From Wigglesworthia glossinidia endosymbiont of Glossina morsitans morsitans (Yale colony) (lineage in GTDB: Bacteria > Pseudomonadota > Gammaproteobacteria > Enterobacterales > Enterobacteriaceae): 32,000 bases of DNA. This document shows positions 1 to 10,113 of this stretch, piece after piece. The stretch's first letter is position 1. Each line of letters begins with the position of its first letter. Below the pieces are notes generated by a model that was not told the DNA's origin, did not search any database, and worked only from the letters and a program-made list of their open reading frames with translations. The position numbers and the translations under genes are program-made. The stretch is taken from assembly GCF_000247565.1 (NCBI RefSeq), contig NC_016893.1:570001-602000 (forward strand). The letters are read 5' to 3'.

Positions 1-1215
1 GTAAGAGATATGTTTGAACAAGCCAAGAAAACTGCACCATGTATTATATTTATTGATGAAATTGATGCAGTAGGACGTCAAAGAGGTGCCGGATTAGGAG
101 GAGGACATGACGAACGTGAGCAAACATTAAATCAAATGTTAGTAGAAATGGATGGTTTTGAAGGAAATGAAAGCATTATCGTAATTGCTGCTACTAACAG
201 ACCAGATGTTTTAGATCCAGCATTATTAAGACCAGGAAGATTCGACAGACAAGTTATCGTAGGATTACCCGATGTACGCGGAAGAGAGCAAATATTAAAA
301 GTACATATGAAACAGGTTCCTGTTGCTTCTGATGTAGATTCTGCAATTATTGCACGCGGTACTCCTGGATTTTCGGGAGCAGATTTGGCAAATTTAGTAA
401 ATGAAGCAGCTTTATTTGCAGCAAGAAAAAATAATATACATGTATCAATGACAGAATTTGAAAAAGCAAAAGATAAAATTATGATGGGCACTGAAAGAAG
501 ATCCATGGTAATGACAGAAATACAGAAAGAAGCTACTGCATATCACGAAGCAGGACATGCGATTGTTGGTCGTCTAGTACCAGCACATGATCCAGTACAT
601 AAAGTCACTATTATTCCTAGAGGACGCGCTCTAGGAATTACTTTCTTTCTACCTAAAGGCGATATAATTAGTACTAGTAGACAAAAATTAGAAAGTCAAA
701 TTTCTACTTTATATGGCGGGAGACTTGCAGAAGAAATTATTTATGGAATTTCTCAAGTTTCTACTGGAGCATCTAATGATATTAAAGTAGCCACATCTAT
801 TGCACGCAATATGATTACACAGTGGGGTTTTTCTGATAAACTTGGTCCATTGCTATATGCAGAAGAAGAAGGAGAAATATTTCTAGGTCGATCAGTTGTA
901 AAATCTAAACATATTTCTGATAAAACAGCGTGTATTATTGATCAAGAAATTAGAGCTTTGATTGAGAAAAATTACTTAAGAGCTCGTAAATTAATTCTAG
1001 AAAATATTGATATTTTACATGCTATGAAAGACGCTTTAATGCAATATGAAACTATCCACGCTTATCAAATTGATGATTTAATGAATCGAAAACCAGTGCG
1101 TCCACCATCTGATTGTACTGAAACAAAAACAAAAACTCATAGTGCAACAAATCGATTAGCAAATCAAAATCAAGCAAACATTATCAATAAAAGTGTTTTC
1201 AATCAAATTCAATAA
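1..1215 (+). CDS. ftsH: ATP-dependent zinc metalloprotease FtsH, C-terminal part (5' end lies outside the window)
   Basis: The frame is open from nt 1 (VRD precedes the track's Met). The translation aligns almost residue-for-residue with E. coli FtsH ([53 protein letters not shown]). The second region of homology and the HEAGH zinc motif are present. Stop TAA at 1213-1215. Confidence 0.98.
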   Translation, partial: VRDMFEQAKKTAPCIIFIDEIDAVGRQRGAGLGGGHDEREQTLNQMLVEMDGFEGNESIIVIAATNRPDVLDPALLRPGRFDRQVIVGLPDVRGREQILKVHMKQVPVASDVDSAIIARGTPGFSGADLANLVNEAALFAARKNNIHVSMTEFEKAKDKIMMGTERRSMVMTEIQKEATAYHEAGHAIVGRLVPAHDPVHKVTIIPRGRALGITFFLPKGDIISTSRQKLESQISTLYGGRLAEEIIYGISQVSTGASNDIKVATSIARNMITQWGFSDKLGPLLYAEEEGEIFLGRSVVKSKHISDKTACIIDQEIRALIEKNYLRARKLILENIDILHAMKDALMQYETIHAYQIDDLMNRKPVRPPSDCTETKTKTHSATNRLANQNQANIINKSVFNQIQ

Positions 1216-1235
1216 AATTAACATCATTAAAGCTT

Positions 1236-2078
1236 ATGCTTACAAAACTAAAGAATATATTATCAAAACCGTGCATCATGGGAATTTTAAATGTCACACC
1301 GGATTCGTTTTCTGATGGTGGACAGTTTACTTGCATAAACAAAGCGATTAATCACGTTCGTTTTATGATAGACTCGGGTGCTAAAATTATCGATGTTGGA
1401 GGAGAATCTAGTCGTCCAGGAGCAAAAAGGGTTAGCGAACTTGAAGAATCAGAACGAGTTATTCCAATAATAGAATATATTTTAAAAAAATTTAATGTGT
1501 TTGTTTCAGTAAATACATCGCATTTTTCTATTATGCAAGAATGTATAAAACTTGGTGTACATATAATAAATGATATTAGATCATTTTCTGAATGCAATTC
1601 GTTACATGATATTATTGATAGCGATGTTATGCTGTGCTTGATGCACATGAAAGGAAATCCAGAAAATATGCAAAAATTTCCACAGTATAAATGTATAAAA
1701 TCAGAAATAAAAGAATTTTTTACAAAAAAAATTTCTTTTTTTATTAATCAAGGAATAAAAAAAAATCGTATAATCATTGACCCCGGTTTTGGTTTCGGAA
1801 AAAATATGGAACATAATTATCATTTATTAGCAAATCTAAAAATTTTTTTAGAATTTCAAGTTCCTATACTTGTAGGATTTTCAAGAAAAGTAATGACAGA
1901 TATAAACAAAAAATATTTGCCAAATAAACGAATTATCGGAAGTATTGTATGTGCAATTCTTGCATGTATTGAAGGTGCATCTATTATTAGAGTACACGAT
2001 GTCCAAGAAACTGTTGATGCACTAAGTATTTTCAATGCATTTATTTCAGAAAAAAATTTATTGCATGGTACATCGTAA
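1236..2078 (+). CDS. folP: Dihydropteroate synthase
   Basis: 280 aa. Matches E. coli FolP at [44 protein letters not shown] and IIRVHDV. Sits between ftsH and glmM, as in E. coli. Confidence 0.96.
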   Translation: MLTKLKNILSKPCIMGILNVTPDSFSDGGQFTCINKAINHVRFMIDSGAKIIDVGGESSRPGAKRVSELEESERVIPIIEYILKKFNVFVSVNTSHFSIMQECIKLGVHIINDIRSFSECNSLHDIIDSDVMLCLMHMKGNPENMQKFPQYKCIKSEIKEFFTKKISFFINQGIKKNRIIIDPGFGFGKNMEHNYHLLANLKIFLEFQVPILVGFSRKVMTDINKKYLPNKRIIGSIVCAILACIEGASIIRVHDVQETVDALSIFNAFISEKNLLHGTS

Positions 2079-3405
2079 ATATTTTGGCACAGATGGAATA
2101 CGAGGTAAATTTGGAAATAATCCAATTACTGCAGAATTTTTTATTCAGTTAGGAATAGCTGCAGGCAATGTGTTGTGTAAGCATTCCACTTCTTGTATAG
2201 TCGTAATTGGAAACGATACCAGAGAATCTGGACCGATATTAAAATCCGCATTAGCGGCAGGTCTTTCATGCTCAGGTATTTCATCACTTTTAATTGGAAC
2301 TATACCAACTCCAGGTGTTTCTTATCTGACGAAATTTTTTCAAGCAGAAGCGGGGATTTCTATTTCTGCTTCGCACAATCCATTTAATGATAATGGAGTA
2401 AAATTTTTTTCTAGATCTGGAAAAAAATTATCTAAAATTGTAGAAAATAAAATTGAAAAAGAATTATTAAAATTATCATGTAATCAAAATAATTTATTAT
2501 GTAAACAAAAATATCAGCAAACAAATGGAATTCAGCAGTACTTAAAATTCTGCGAATCTACTATTCCAAATAATTTAAATTTAACAGGATTAAATATTGT
2601 TGTAGATTGCGCTCATGGTGCCACATATCAAATTGCACCAAATTTATTAAGAAAATTAGGCGCCAATGTTATTGCTATCAGTTGTAAACCAAATGGGATT
2701 AATATTAATCATGAATGTGGTACAACGAATATTTTCCCATTAAGATATAGAGTATTAAAAGAAAAAGCAGATTTAGGTATTGCTTATGATGGAGACGGAG
2801 ATCGTTTGATTATGATAGATCATCTCGGTAACATCGTAGATGGAGATCAAATTTTATATATTCTTGTGCGAGATAAAATAAAAAATAAAAAATTTCACGG
2901 AGGAGTAGTTGGTACATTAATGAGCAATATGGGTTTAGAAATTGCTTTAAAACGTTTAGGAGTGCCATTTTTAAGATCGCATATCGGAGATAGATATATT
3001 TTAAAAACGTTAGAAGAAAACGGATGGACGATAGGTGCCGAAAATTCTGGACATATAATTTTGTTGGAGCATTCTTCTGCTGGAGATGCAATTGTAGCAG
3101 GGTTGCAAATACTTTCTATTATTGTACATAATAAAACTACATTAAAAAATCTTTGCAAAGGAATTCAATTATTACCTCAAATTTTAATTAATGTACAATT
3201 AAACAAACAATCTAATCCATTAAAATCTCATGCTGTAAAACGTGTTAGTGCAGTAGCAAGAGAAACTTTAGCAGGTAATGGACGTATTTTATTAAGAAAA
3301 TCTGGTACAGAACCTTTAGTTAGAATCATGGTGGAAGGCACAGAAGCTACTAAGGTAATTAAGCTAGCATATCATATTGCAACAATTGTAAAATCGGAGA
3401 GATAA
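2065..3405 (+). CDS. glmM: Phosphoglucosamine mutase
   Basis: [17 protein letters not shown] aligns with the E. coli GlmM N-terminus ([14 protein letters not shown]). The phosphoserine loop [15 protein letters not shown] is present. Starting at ATG 2065 gives 446 aa, close to E. coli. The track's 2035 start would add 10 non-homologous residues. Overlaps the folP stop by 14 nt. Confidence 0.95.
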   Translation: MVHRKYFGTDGIRGKFGNNPITAEFFIQLGIAAGNVLCKHSTSCIVVIGNDTRESGPILKSALAAGLSCSGISSLLIGTIPTPGVSYLTKFFQAEAGISISASHNPFNDNGVKFFSRSGKKLSKIVENKIEKELLKLSCNQNNLLCKQKYQQTNGIQQYLKFCESTIPNNLNLTGLNIVVDCAHGATYQIAPNLLRKLGANVIAISCKPNGININHECGTTNIFPLRYRVLKEKADLGIAYDGDGDRLIMIDHLGNIVDGDQILYILVRDKIKNKKFHGGVVGTLMSNMGLEIALKRLGVPFLRSHIGDRYILKTLEENGWTIGAENSGHIILLEHSSAGDAIVAGLQILSIIVHNKTTLKNLCKGIQLLPQILINVQLNKQSNPLKSHAVKRVSAVARETLAGNGRILLRKSGTEPLVRIMVEGTEATKVIKLAYHIATIVKSER

Positions 3406-3454
3406 ATTTGATTTTTAAATTTTATGTTAATTTATATTTTTATAAAGGTAAAAT

Positions 3455-3742
3455 ATGCATATTTTTATATTAATTATTTTTTTATTAATTTCTATTGGAT
3501 TAGTTTTTTTGATTATTATTCAAGATAGTAAATCTTACGATTTACATTCTACATATAATCCATTTTCTAGTAGTATTTTTGGTCAATCAACTTCTACAAA
3601 TAAAATTACAAAAATAACAGCTTTTTTAGCAGCATTATTTTTCATTTTTAGTTTAATATTAGGTAGTTTAAACAGTCACATATCTCATCATGATAATAAA
3701 TGGGAGCGTTTACTAACTGATTCAGATAAACAATTAAAATAA
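3455..3742 (+). CDS. secG: Preprotein translocase subunit SecG
   Basis: 95 aa with two hydrophobic segments. LISIGLVFLIIIQDSK and ITAFLAALFFIFSLILGSLNS align with E. coli SecG (IVAIGLVGLIMLQQGK, MTALLATLFFIISLVLGNINS). Conserved position between glmM and tRNA-Leu. Confidence 0.9.
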   Translation: MHIFILIIFLLISIGLVFLIIIQDSKSYDLHSTYNPFSSSIFGQSTSTNKITKITAFLAALFFIFSLILGSLNSHISHHDNKWERLLTDSDKQLK

Positions 3743-3795
3743 GCTCATTATTTACAAAACTTTTAAATGAATAAAAAAATATTGAAATATTTCTT

Positions 3796-3877
3796 GCCGA
3801 GATGGTGAAACCGGTAGACACGTTACTTCGAGGGAGTAATGCCTATAGGCATGCGGGTTCAAATCCCGCTCTCGGCA
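3796..3877 (+). tRNA. leuU: tRNA-Leu, anticodon GAG (leuU-like), class II with a long variable arm; CCA not encoded
   Basis: Hand-folded cloverleaf: acceptor GCCGAGA/TCTCGGC, 3-bp D stem GTG/CAC, anticodon stem TTACT/AGTAA with loop TCGAGGG, variable arm TGCCTATAGGCAT, T arm GCGGG-TTCAAAT-CCCGC, discriminator A. Close to E. coli tRNA-Leu(GAG), and follows secG as in E. coli. Confidence 0.9.
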
Positions 3878-3907
3878 TGATTTTAGCTAAAATCATCTTG
3901 ATTTTTT
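3877..3907 (+). terminator. Weak hairpin plus T-run immediately after tRNA-Leu (possible intrinsic terminator)
   Basis: ATGATTTTA (3877-3885) and TAAAATCAT (3888-3896) are perfect reverse complements; the inner pairs must open to form a loop. T6 lies at 3902-3907 after a 5-nt gap. The stem is almost all A-T, and the T-run is not adjacent to it. Confidence 0.25.
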
Positions 3908-3926
3908 ATAAGTTTTAATTTATATT
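3898..3926 (+). promoter_or_regulatory. Candidate sigma70 promoter for the initiator tRNA / nusA-infB operon
   Basis: TTGATT (3898-3903), a 17-nt spacer, then TATATT (3921-3926). This puts the predicted start about 7 nt downstream, at the mature tRNA 5' end (3933). Such hexamers arise easily by chance in AT-rich DNA. Confidence 0.3.
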
Positions 3927-3932
3927 TACTAA

Positions 3933-4009
<77 letters not shown>

Positions 4010-4205
4010 ACAAATAAACGTTAAAAAACTTAATCAAATTTTACTTTTGCCACTAGATCAGTCTTATTTTTTAAATTGAAAATATACATTTTTTGAATGA
4101 TACAATCAGAAATTCAATAATTTATTCTTTTTTACTTAAAATTAACGATGTTTAATTTTTCAGAAAATATGCTTTAAAGATTTAAATAATTAATAGGCGA
4201 TTTAA

Positions 4206-5690
4206 ATGAATAAAGAAATTTTAGCTGTCGTTGAAGCTGTGTCTAATGAAAAAGAACTGCCAAGAGAAAAAATTTTTGAAGCGTTAGAAATCGCATTAGC
4301 AGCTGCTACAAAAAAAAAATATGATCAAGATATCGACGTAAGAGTTAGTGTTGATAGAAAATCAGGTAAATTTGAAACATTTCGTAGATGGATGATTGTA
4401 GACGAAGTTACACAACCTACACGAGAAATAACGTTAGAAGCTGCAAAAATTGATAATCCCACAGCAAAAAAATTTGAATACATTGAAGATAAAGTAAAAT
4501 CAATTTTTTTTGATAGAATTACTACACAAACTGCAAAACAAGTAATTGTTCAAAAAGTTCGTGAAGCAGAACGAGCAATGATAGTCAATAAATTTCGTGC
4601 ACACGAAGGCGAAATAATTACTGGAATAGTAAAAAAACTAAATCGAGATAGCATCGGGTTAGATCTTGGTAGTCATGCAGAAGCAATAATTAGTCGAGAA
4701 GAAATGTTACCACGAGAACATTTTAGATTAGGAGATCGAGTAAAAGGAGTACTATATTTAATTAAACCTGAATCTAGAGGAGCACAACTTTTTATAAGTA
4801 GAACTAAAAAAGAAATGTTAATAGAATTATTCAGGATAGAAGTTCCAGAAATTGGAGAAGAAATTATTAATGTTAAAGCTGCAGCAAGAGATCCAGGATT
4901 AAGATCTAAAATAGCAGTTTATACTAATGATAAACGTATTGATCCTATTGGTGCGTGCGTTGGAATGCGTGGAGCTAGAGTACAAGCAGTATCTAGAGAA
5001 TTAGGCGGAGAACGAATAGATATAATTTTATGGGATAATAATCCGGCGCAGTTCGTTATTAACGCAATGGCTCCAGCCGAAGTAACTTCAATAATAGTAG
5101 ACGAAGACAATCGTACAATGGATATTGCTGTTAAAAGTGAAAACTTAGCTCAAGCTATCGGTAAAAATGGCCAAAATGTACGTCTTGCTTCTCAGTTAAG
5201 TGGCTGGGACCTAAATGTTATGACATCAGAAGATTTAAAAGAAAAACATCAGGTAGAAGAAGAAAAAACGATCAATTCATTTATTAAACATTTAAAAATT
5301 ACATCAGAATTAGCAACTTCTTTAGTTCAAGAAGGATTTTCTATATTAGAAGAAATCGCTTATGTACCAATTAACGAATTATTATCTATAAAATCTTTAA
5401 ACGAAGATACTGCACAGAGTTTAAAAGAAAAAGCTCAATCTATACTTACCAAATTAGCTTTAAAAAAAGAAGAAAAAAATTTAGTTGCTCTAGATAAAGA
5501 TTTGATCCAATTATCTGGAGTAAATTCTGAAATTGCTTATCAATTTGCAGAAAGAGGTATATTGACACTGGAAGATTTAGCCGAGCAAGGAATAGATGAC
5601 ATATCAGATATTCAAGAGTTAACTAATAAACAAGCCGGAGAACTAATTATGGCCGCAAGAAATATATGTTGGTTTAACAGCAATACATAG
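4206..5690 (+). CDS. nusA: Transcription termination/antitermination factor NusA
   Basis: 494 aa. The N-terminus [28 protein letters not shown] is nearly identical to E. coli NusA. The S1/KH region ([34 protein letters not shown]) and the C-terminal acidic repeats ending [10 protein letters not shown] are present. Confidence 0.98.
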   Translation: MNKEILAVVEAVSNEKELPREKIFEALEIALAAATKKKYDQDIDVRVSVDRKSGKFETFRRWMIVDEVTQPTREITLEAAKIDNPTAKKFEYIEDKVKSIFFDRITTQTAKQVIVQKVREAERAMIVNKFRAHEGEIITGIVKKLNRDSIGLDLGSHAEAIISREEMLPREHFRLGDRVKGVLYLIKPESRGAQLFISRTKKEMLIELFRIEVPEIGEEIINVKAAARDPGLRSKIAVYTNDKRIDPIGACVGMRGARVQAVSRELGGERIDIILWDNNPAQFVINAMAPAEVTSIIVDEDNRTMDIAVKSENLAQAIGKNGQNVRLASQLSGWDLNVMTSEDLKEKHQVEEEKTINSFIKHLKITSELATSLVQEGFSILEEIAYVPINELLSIKSLNEDTAQSLKEKAQSILTKLALKKEEKNLVALDKDLIQLSGVNSEIAYQFAERGILTLEDLAEQGIDDISDIQELTNKQAGELIMAARNICWFNSNT

Positions 5691-5714
5691 TATTTGAAAA
5701 ACGAGAAAAGCATT

Positions 5715-8297
5715 ATGATAAATGTTACTATAAATTCTTTTGCTGAAAAAATGCAAATACCCGTTAAACGATTAATACAAAAATTTGCCGATGCTGGCAT
5801 TAAGAAAACTCCTTTAGACACAATTAGCAAAGAAGAAAAAAAAATATTATTAGCTTATATTAATAGAAAAAGTAATATTTTTAAAAACAAACTAAGTTTG
5901 AAAAAAAAAATACATAGCACATTAAATATTTCCAGAATAGGAGAACCAAATAAATTAATTCATGTAGAAATAAGAAAAAAAAAATATTTGAAATGCGATA
6001 TATCTTTAATTACAAAAAACAAACAAAATAAATTAAATAATTTAAAGTCTTCAGAAAGTTTATGTATTTCTGATATCGAATCTAAACAAAAAATAAAAAA
6101 TGTGTGTTTAGATCAAAAAAAAATGTCTGTAAAAATAAATCAAAATAAAAATGAAAAATCAGTTCATTGCTCAGCAAAACATATTCCTAAAAAGGAACAA
6201 TCTTATTCGGATAATTTTAATATTAATAAATCTCAAAAATCAGAAATCTTAGAACTTAAAAAAGAAAAAAATATAAATATTAAGACAGATTATAATATTT
6301 GCATCGAAGAAACATTGCAAAAGAAAATAAATAAAAAAAATTCATTAAAAAACAAAAATATTAAAAAAGAAAAAAATAGATATGCAGATAATTTTCATTT
6401 GATTCAAGAAGATCACGAAAAATATATTAAAAGAAAACAAAATAATCGTTTATATGTAGTCAATTCTATAGAAAAAACAAAATCTATAGAAAAAAAAATT
6501 TGCAATAAAACAACTCTCAGTACTCTTTCCCATAGTTTTAATAAACCAACTAAAAAATTTTTACGTAATATTACTATAGGAAAAAAAATTTCTATATCAG
6601 AATTAGCAAGTAAAATGGCAATTAAAAGCTCACAAATAATTAAAAATATGATAAAGCTCGGCGTCTTTAATTCTATTAATGACAATATAGAACAAGATGT
6701 TGCACAATTAATTGCCGAAGATATGGGGCATAGAGTAAAGTTAATTCGCGAAAATGCTTTAGAAGAATCTCTTATGCTACTCAACAACGGAAATGACACC
6801 CCTAAAATTTTACCTAGAGCACCAATTGTAACTGTAATGGGACATGTTGATCACGGAAAAACATCTTTATTAGATTATATTCGTACCAGTACAGTTTCTT
6901 TAAAAGAAGCTGGAGGTATCACGCAACATATTGGTGCATATTTAGTTAAAACAAAAAATGGTAATATCACTTTTCTCGATACTCCAGGGCATGCTGCATT
7001 TACTGCGATGCGTGCTCGAGGAGCTAAAATTACAGACATTGTAATTTTAGTAGTAGCTGCAGATGATAGTGTTATGCCACAAACAATAGAAGCAATTCAA
7101 CACGCAAAAAACGCTCAAGTACCAATAATAATCGCAATTAACAAAATTGATAAAAATACAGCGGACCCTTTAAAAGTCAAAAAAGAACTGATACAACACG
7201 GAATTGTTCCAGAAGAATATGGCGGAGAAAATCAATGCGTTTTAGTATCTGCAAAAACAGGAAAAGGAATAGATTTATTGTTAGAAGCGATACTTTTACA
7301 AGCAGAAATTTTAGAATTAAAAGCCGATCATTCTGGAACTGCACACGGAGTAGTTATTGAATCAAGATTAGATAAAGGTAAAGGACCGATAGCGACTATT
7401 TTAATTAATTCAGGTAAATTAAATCGAGGGGATACAATTTTATGCGGTTGTGAATATGGACGTATAAGAGCAATCAAGGATTCATATGGGAAAAGTATTA
7501 GTTCCGTCGGACCATCAATACCAGTCGAAATATTAGGATTATCTGGAGTTCCTATAGCAGGAGATACTACTACAGTATTAAAAAATGAAAAAAAAGCACG
7601 AGAAATTGCAATATATAGGCAAAATAAATTGAGAGAAAATAAATTAAAAAATAATAAAATAAAACATACACAAAATTCATTTTTTAACTCAAAATTAACA
7701 GATAAAAAAATTTATAATATTATTCTTAAATCCGATGTACAAGGCACTTTACAAGCTATTTCAGATTCTTTGAAAAATTTATCTAGTGATAAAATAAAAG
7801 TTAAAATTATAGGCGCAGGAGTAGGTTCAATCACAGAAACAGATGTTACTTTGTCTAAAGCTTCTAATGCAATTTTAATAGGATTTAATGTACGAGTAGA
7901 TATTTTAGCAACGAAAATAATTGAATCAGAAAATTTGAACATTAAATTATTTTCTATAATTTATGAATTAATTAACTATGTAAAAAACAAAATTAATTTA
8001 GAAAATTCTATAAAATCTTGTAAAAAAGTAAATAGTATATTAGAAGTAAAACATATATTTCAATTACCGAAATATGGCACAATTGCAGGATGCATAGTTA
8101 AAGAAGGCATAATTAAAAAGAATCACAAAGTAAAAATATTAAGAAATAATATTTTAATATATCAAAGTAAAATTTGTTCTCTACGCAGATTTAAGGAAGA
8201 TGTGAATGAAGTAAAAACTGGTATAGAATGTGGAATTGGAGTAAAAAATTTTAATGAATTTAATCTTCTAGATGTTATCGAATCCATAGAAGAGTAA
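5715..8297 (+). CDS. infB: Translation initiation factor IF-2
   Basis: [31 protein letters not shown] aligns with the E. coli IF2 N-terminus ([31 protein letters not shown]), so ATG 5715 is preferred over the track's TTG 5694. G domain motifs [17 protein letters not shown] and NKID are present, and the C-terminal domains are conserved. Confidence 0.95.
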   Translation: MINVTINSFAEKMQIPVKRLIQKFADAGIKKTPLDTISKEEKKILLAYINRKSNIFKNKLSLKKKIHSTLNISRIGEPNKLIHVEIRKKKYLKCDISLITKNKQNKLNNLKSSESLCISDIESKQKIKNVCLDQKKMSVKINQNKNEKSVHCSAKHIPKKEQSYSDNFNINKSQKSEILELKKEKNINIKTDYNICIEETLQKKINKKNSLKNKNIKKEKNRYADNFHLIQEDHEKYIKRKQNNRLYVVNSIEKTKSIEKKICNKTTLSTLSHSFNKPTKKFLRNITIGKKISISELASKMAIKSSQIIKNMIKLGVFNSINDNIEQDVAQLIAEDMGHRVKLIRENALEESLMLLNNGNDTPKILPRAPIVTVMGHVDHGKTSLLDYIRTSTVSLKEAGGITQHIGAYLVKTKNGNITFLDTPGHAAFTAMRARGAKITDIVILVVAADDSVMPQTIEAIQHAKNAQVPIIIAINKIDKNTADPLKVKKELIQHGIVPEEYGGENQCVLVSAKTGKGIDLLLEAILLQAEILELKADHSGTAHGVVIESRLDKGKGPIATILINSGKLNRGDTILCGCEYGRIRAIKDSYGKSISSVGPSIPVEILGLSGVPIAGDTTTVLKNEKKAREIAIYRQNKLRENKLKNNKIKHTQNSFFNSKLTDKKIYNIILKSDVQGTLQAISDSLKNLSSDKIKVKIIGAGVGSITETDVTLSKASNAILIGFNVRVDILATKIIESENLNIKLFSIIYELINYVKNKINLENSIKSCKKVNSILEVKHIFQLPKYGTIAGCIVKEGIIKKNHKVKILRNNILIYQSKICSLRRFKEDVNEVKTGIECGIGVKNFNEFNLLDVIESIEE

Positions 8298-8338
8298 AAT
8301 TGTATTGATTAAATAATTTTATAATTAATAATTTATAT

Positions 8339-8692
8339 ATGTTAGAGAAAAAAAATACTAGAAAGCATCGAATTTCTAAAGAAATTCAAAGAAAAATTGC
8401 AATTATTATACATCAAAAAATTAATGATCCCAGACTAGGAATGTCAACTATATCTGGAGTAGAATTATCTCGAGATTTTTCGCATGCAAAAATTTTTGTA
8501 ACATTTTTAAACAAAAATACACAAAAAAAAATTAATACAAATATATTTATATTAAACAACTCTGCTCAATTTATTAGAAAAATACTTCATAAAAGTATAA
8601 AATTAAGGAATGTTCCCAAATTAACTTTTATTTATGATAATTCTTTGATTCAAGGGGAACGTATTGATAAATTAGTAAGATCAATATATTAA
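8339..8692 (+). CDS. rbfA: Ribosome-binding factor A
   Basis: 117 aa. ISKEIQRKIAIIIHQKINDPRLGM..SGVELSRDFSHAKIFVTFL and VPKLTFIYDNSL align with E. coli RbfA. Conserved position after infB. Confidence 0.93.
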   Translation: MLEKKNTRKHRISKEIQRKIAIIIHQKINDPRLGMSTISGVELSRDFSHAKIFVTFLNKNTQKKINTNIFILNNSAQFIRKILHKSIKLRNVPKLTFIYDNSLIQGERIDKLVRSIY

Positions 8693-8709
8693 ATTTATAT
8701 AGCTTAAAT

Positions 8710-9636
8710 ATGTTGCATAATAAAATATATAAAAATAAGGAAAAAACAAAAAATATAAACGGAATGCTATTATTAGATAAACCTACAGGATATTCTTCAA
8801 ATTATATTTTACAAAAAGTAAAAATTCTATTACAAGCAAAAAAAGCTGGTTATGTAGGAACTTTAGATCCTTTAGCATCCGGGATGCTACCAATTTTATT
8901 TGGAATCACTACTAAATTTTCTCAATATCTATTAAATACTAATAAAAAATATTACGTAGTAGCAAAATTAGGCGAACGAACAGATACTTTAGATGCATAC
9001 GGAAAATTAATATCTATACGTCCAATAAAAATTAAAAAATCTCATATTTATCAGATTATTTCTGAATTAAAAGGCGAAACTTATCAAGTGCCGCCTATGT
9101 TTTCTGCATTAAAATACAACGGAATACCACTATATAAATATGCTAGAAAAAATATTTTTTTGCCAAGAAAAAAACGCAAAATTCATATTTATAACATAAA
9201 ACTAATTAAATTTTCAAAAAAATATTTTTCTTTAAATATTACGTGCTCTAAAGGCACATATATTAGACAAATTGTAGACGATATAGGCGAAAAACTATTT
9301 TGTGGAGCACACGTAGTGAAATTAAGAAGAACTCAAATTTCTCATTATCAAGAAAAAAATATGATTGATATAAATAAATTAAATTATTATCAAACACAAA
9401 ATCATCATTATTTTTATAAATACTTATTTCCTACAGAAACAATAATTTTTGATATTCCAAAAATTGTGGTTACGAATTCAGATTTTATACAAATATTTCA
9501 AGGAAAAAAAATAAATATCTTAAACAAAGAAAGCGGATCCTATCAAATAGTATTAGAAAATACTAAAAAATTCCTTGGAATTATTAAAATAGATAAATTT
9601 GGAAATATTATTTCAAGAGAACTAATAAAAGAATAA
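8710..9636 (+). CDS. truB: tRNA pseudouridine-55 synthase TruB
   Basis: 308 aa. INGMLLLDKPTGYSSN and the catalytic-Asp motif AGYVGTLDPLASGMLPI match E. coli TruB, as does FSQYLL..NKKY. Conserved position. Confidence 0.95.
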   Translation: MLHNKIYKNKEKTKNINGMLLLDKPTGYSSNYILQKVKILLQAKKAGYVGTLDPLASGMLPILFGITTKFSQYLLNTNKKYYVVAKLGERTDTLDAYGKLISIRPIKIKKSHIYQIISELKGETYQVPPMFSALKYNGIPLYKYARKNIFLPRKKRKIHIYNIKLIKFSKKYFSLNITCSKGTYIRQIVDDIGEKLFCGAHVVKLRRTQISHYQEKNMIDINKLNYYQTQNHHYFYKYLFPTETIIFDIPKIVVTNSDFIQIFQGKKINILNKESGSYQIVLENTKKFLGIIKIDKFGNIISRELIKE

Positions 9637-9647
9637 AATAAATTTTC

Positions 9648-9676
9648 TTGCGATTCGATGAAACTAAGAGTAAACT
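9648..9676 (+). promoter_or_regulatory. Candidate sigma70 promoter for rpsO
   Basis: TTGCGA (9648-9653), a 17-nt spacer, then TAAACT (9671-9676), just after the truB stop. This is where E. coli has the rpsO promoter. Each hexamer matches consensus at 4 of 6 positions. Confidence 0.3.
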
Positions 9677-9737
9677 TAAAATTGAATAATTTTTTACAGT
9701 TTGAAATTAAAAATATTTCAAAAAATTAGGATTGAAA

Positions 9738-10010
9738 ATGCTTCAAAAAGTTAAAAAAGAAGAAAACATAATTTCTTCTTTTACAAAAGAGAATGAAAAT
9801 AATCATTTTAATACTAAAAATCAAATTATAAATTTGACTAAAAAAATTAATGAATTACAGCAACATTTTATAAAAAATAAAAAAGATCGTCATAGTCGTC
9901 GTGGATTGCTAAAAAAAGTATCAAGACGCAGAAAACTACTAAATTACTTAAAAAGTAAAAGTATAAAAATTTATTCTAATTTAATAAGAGATCTAAAATT
10001 AAGAAATTAG
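9738..10010 (+). CDS. rpsO: 30S ribosomal protein S15
   Basis: [21 protein letters not shown] matches E. coli S15 ([21 protein letters not shown]). ATG 9738 gives 90 aa (89 in E. coli) and is preceded by AGGA at 9728-9731. The track's TTG 9732 adds two residues. Confidence 0.93.
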   Translation: MLQKVKKEENIISSFTKENENNHFNTKNQIINLTKKINELQQHFIKNKKDRHSRRGLLKKVSRRRKLLNYLKSKSIKIYSNLIRDLKLRN

Positions 10011-10113
10011 TTTAATTTTTTGATTAAAACATTCAAATTAAATGCATAATCTAATATACTTAAATTAAATTAAACTAAAATAAACTCTAATAAGAAAAAA
10101 AGGAATTTTTAAT

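Noticed and set aside
2035-2064. The ORF-track start of glmM at ATG 2035.
   Set aside because: It adds [10 protein letters not shown], which has no counterpart in GlmM. ATG 2065 reproduces the conserved N-terminus and the E. coli length.
5694-5714. TTG 5694 as the infB start, and similarly TTG 9732 as the rpsO start.
   Set aside because: Alignment with E. coli IF2 and S15 begins at the downstream ATGs (5715 and 9738). The upstream TTGs are just the first in-frame alternative start codons after a stop. They cannot be fully excluded without experimental data.
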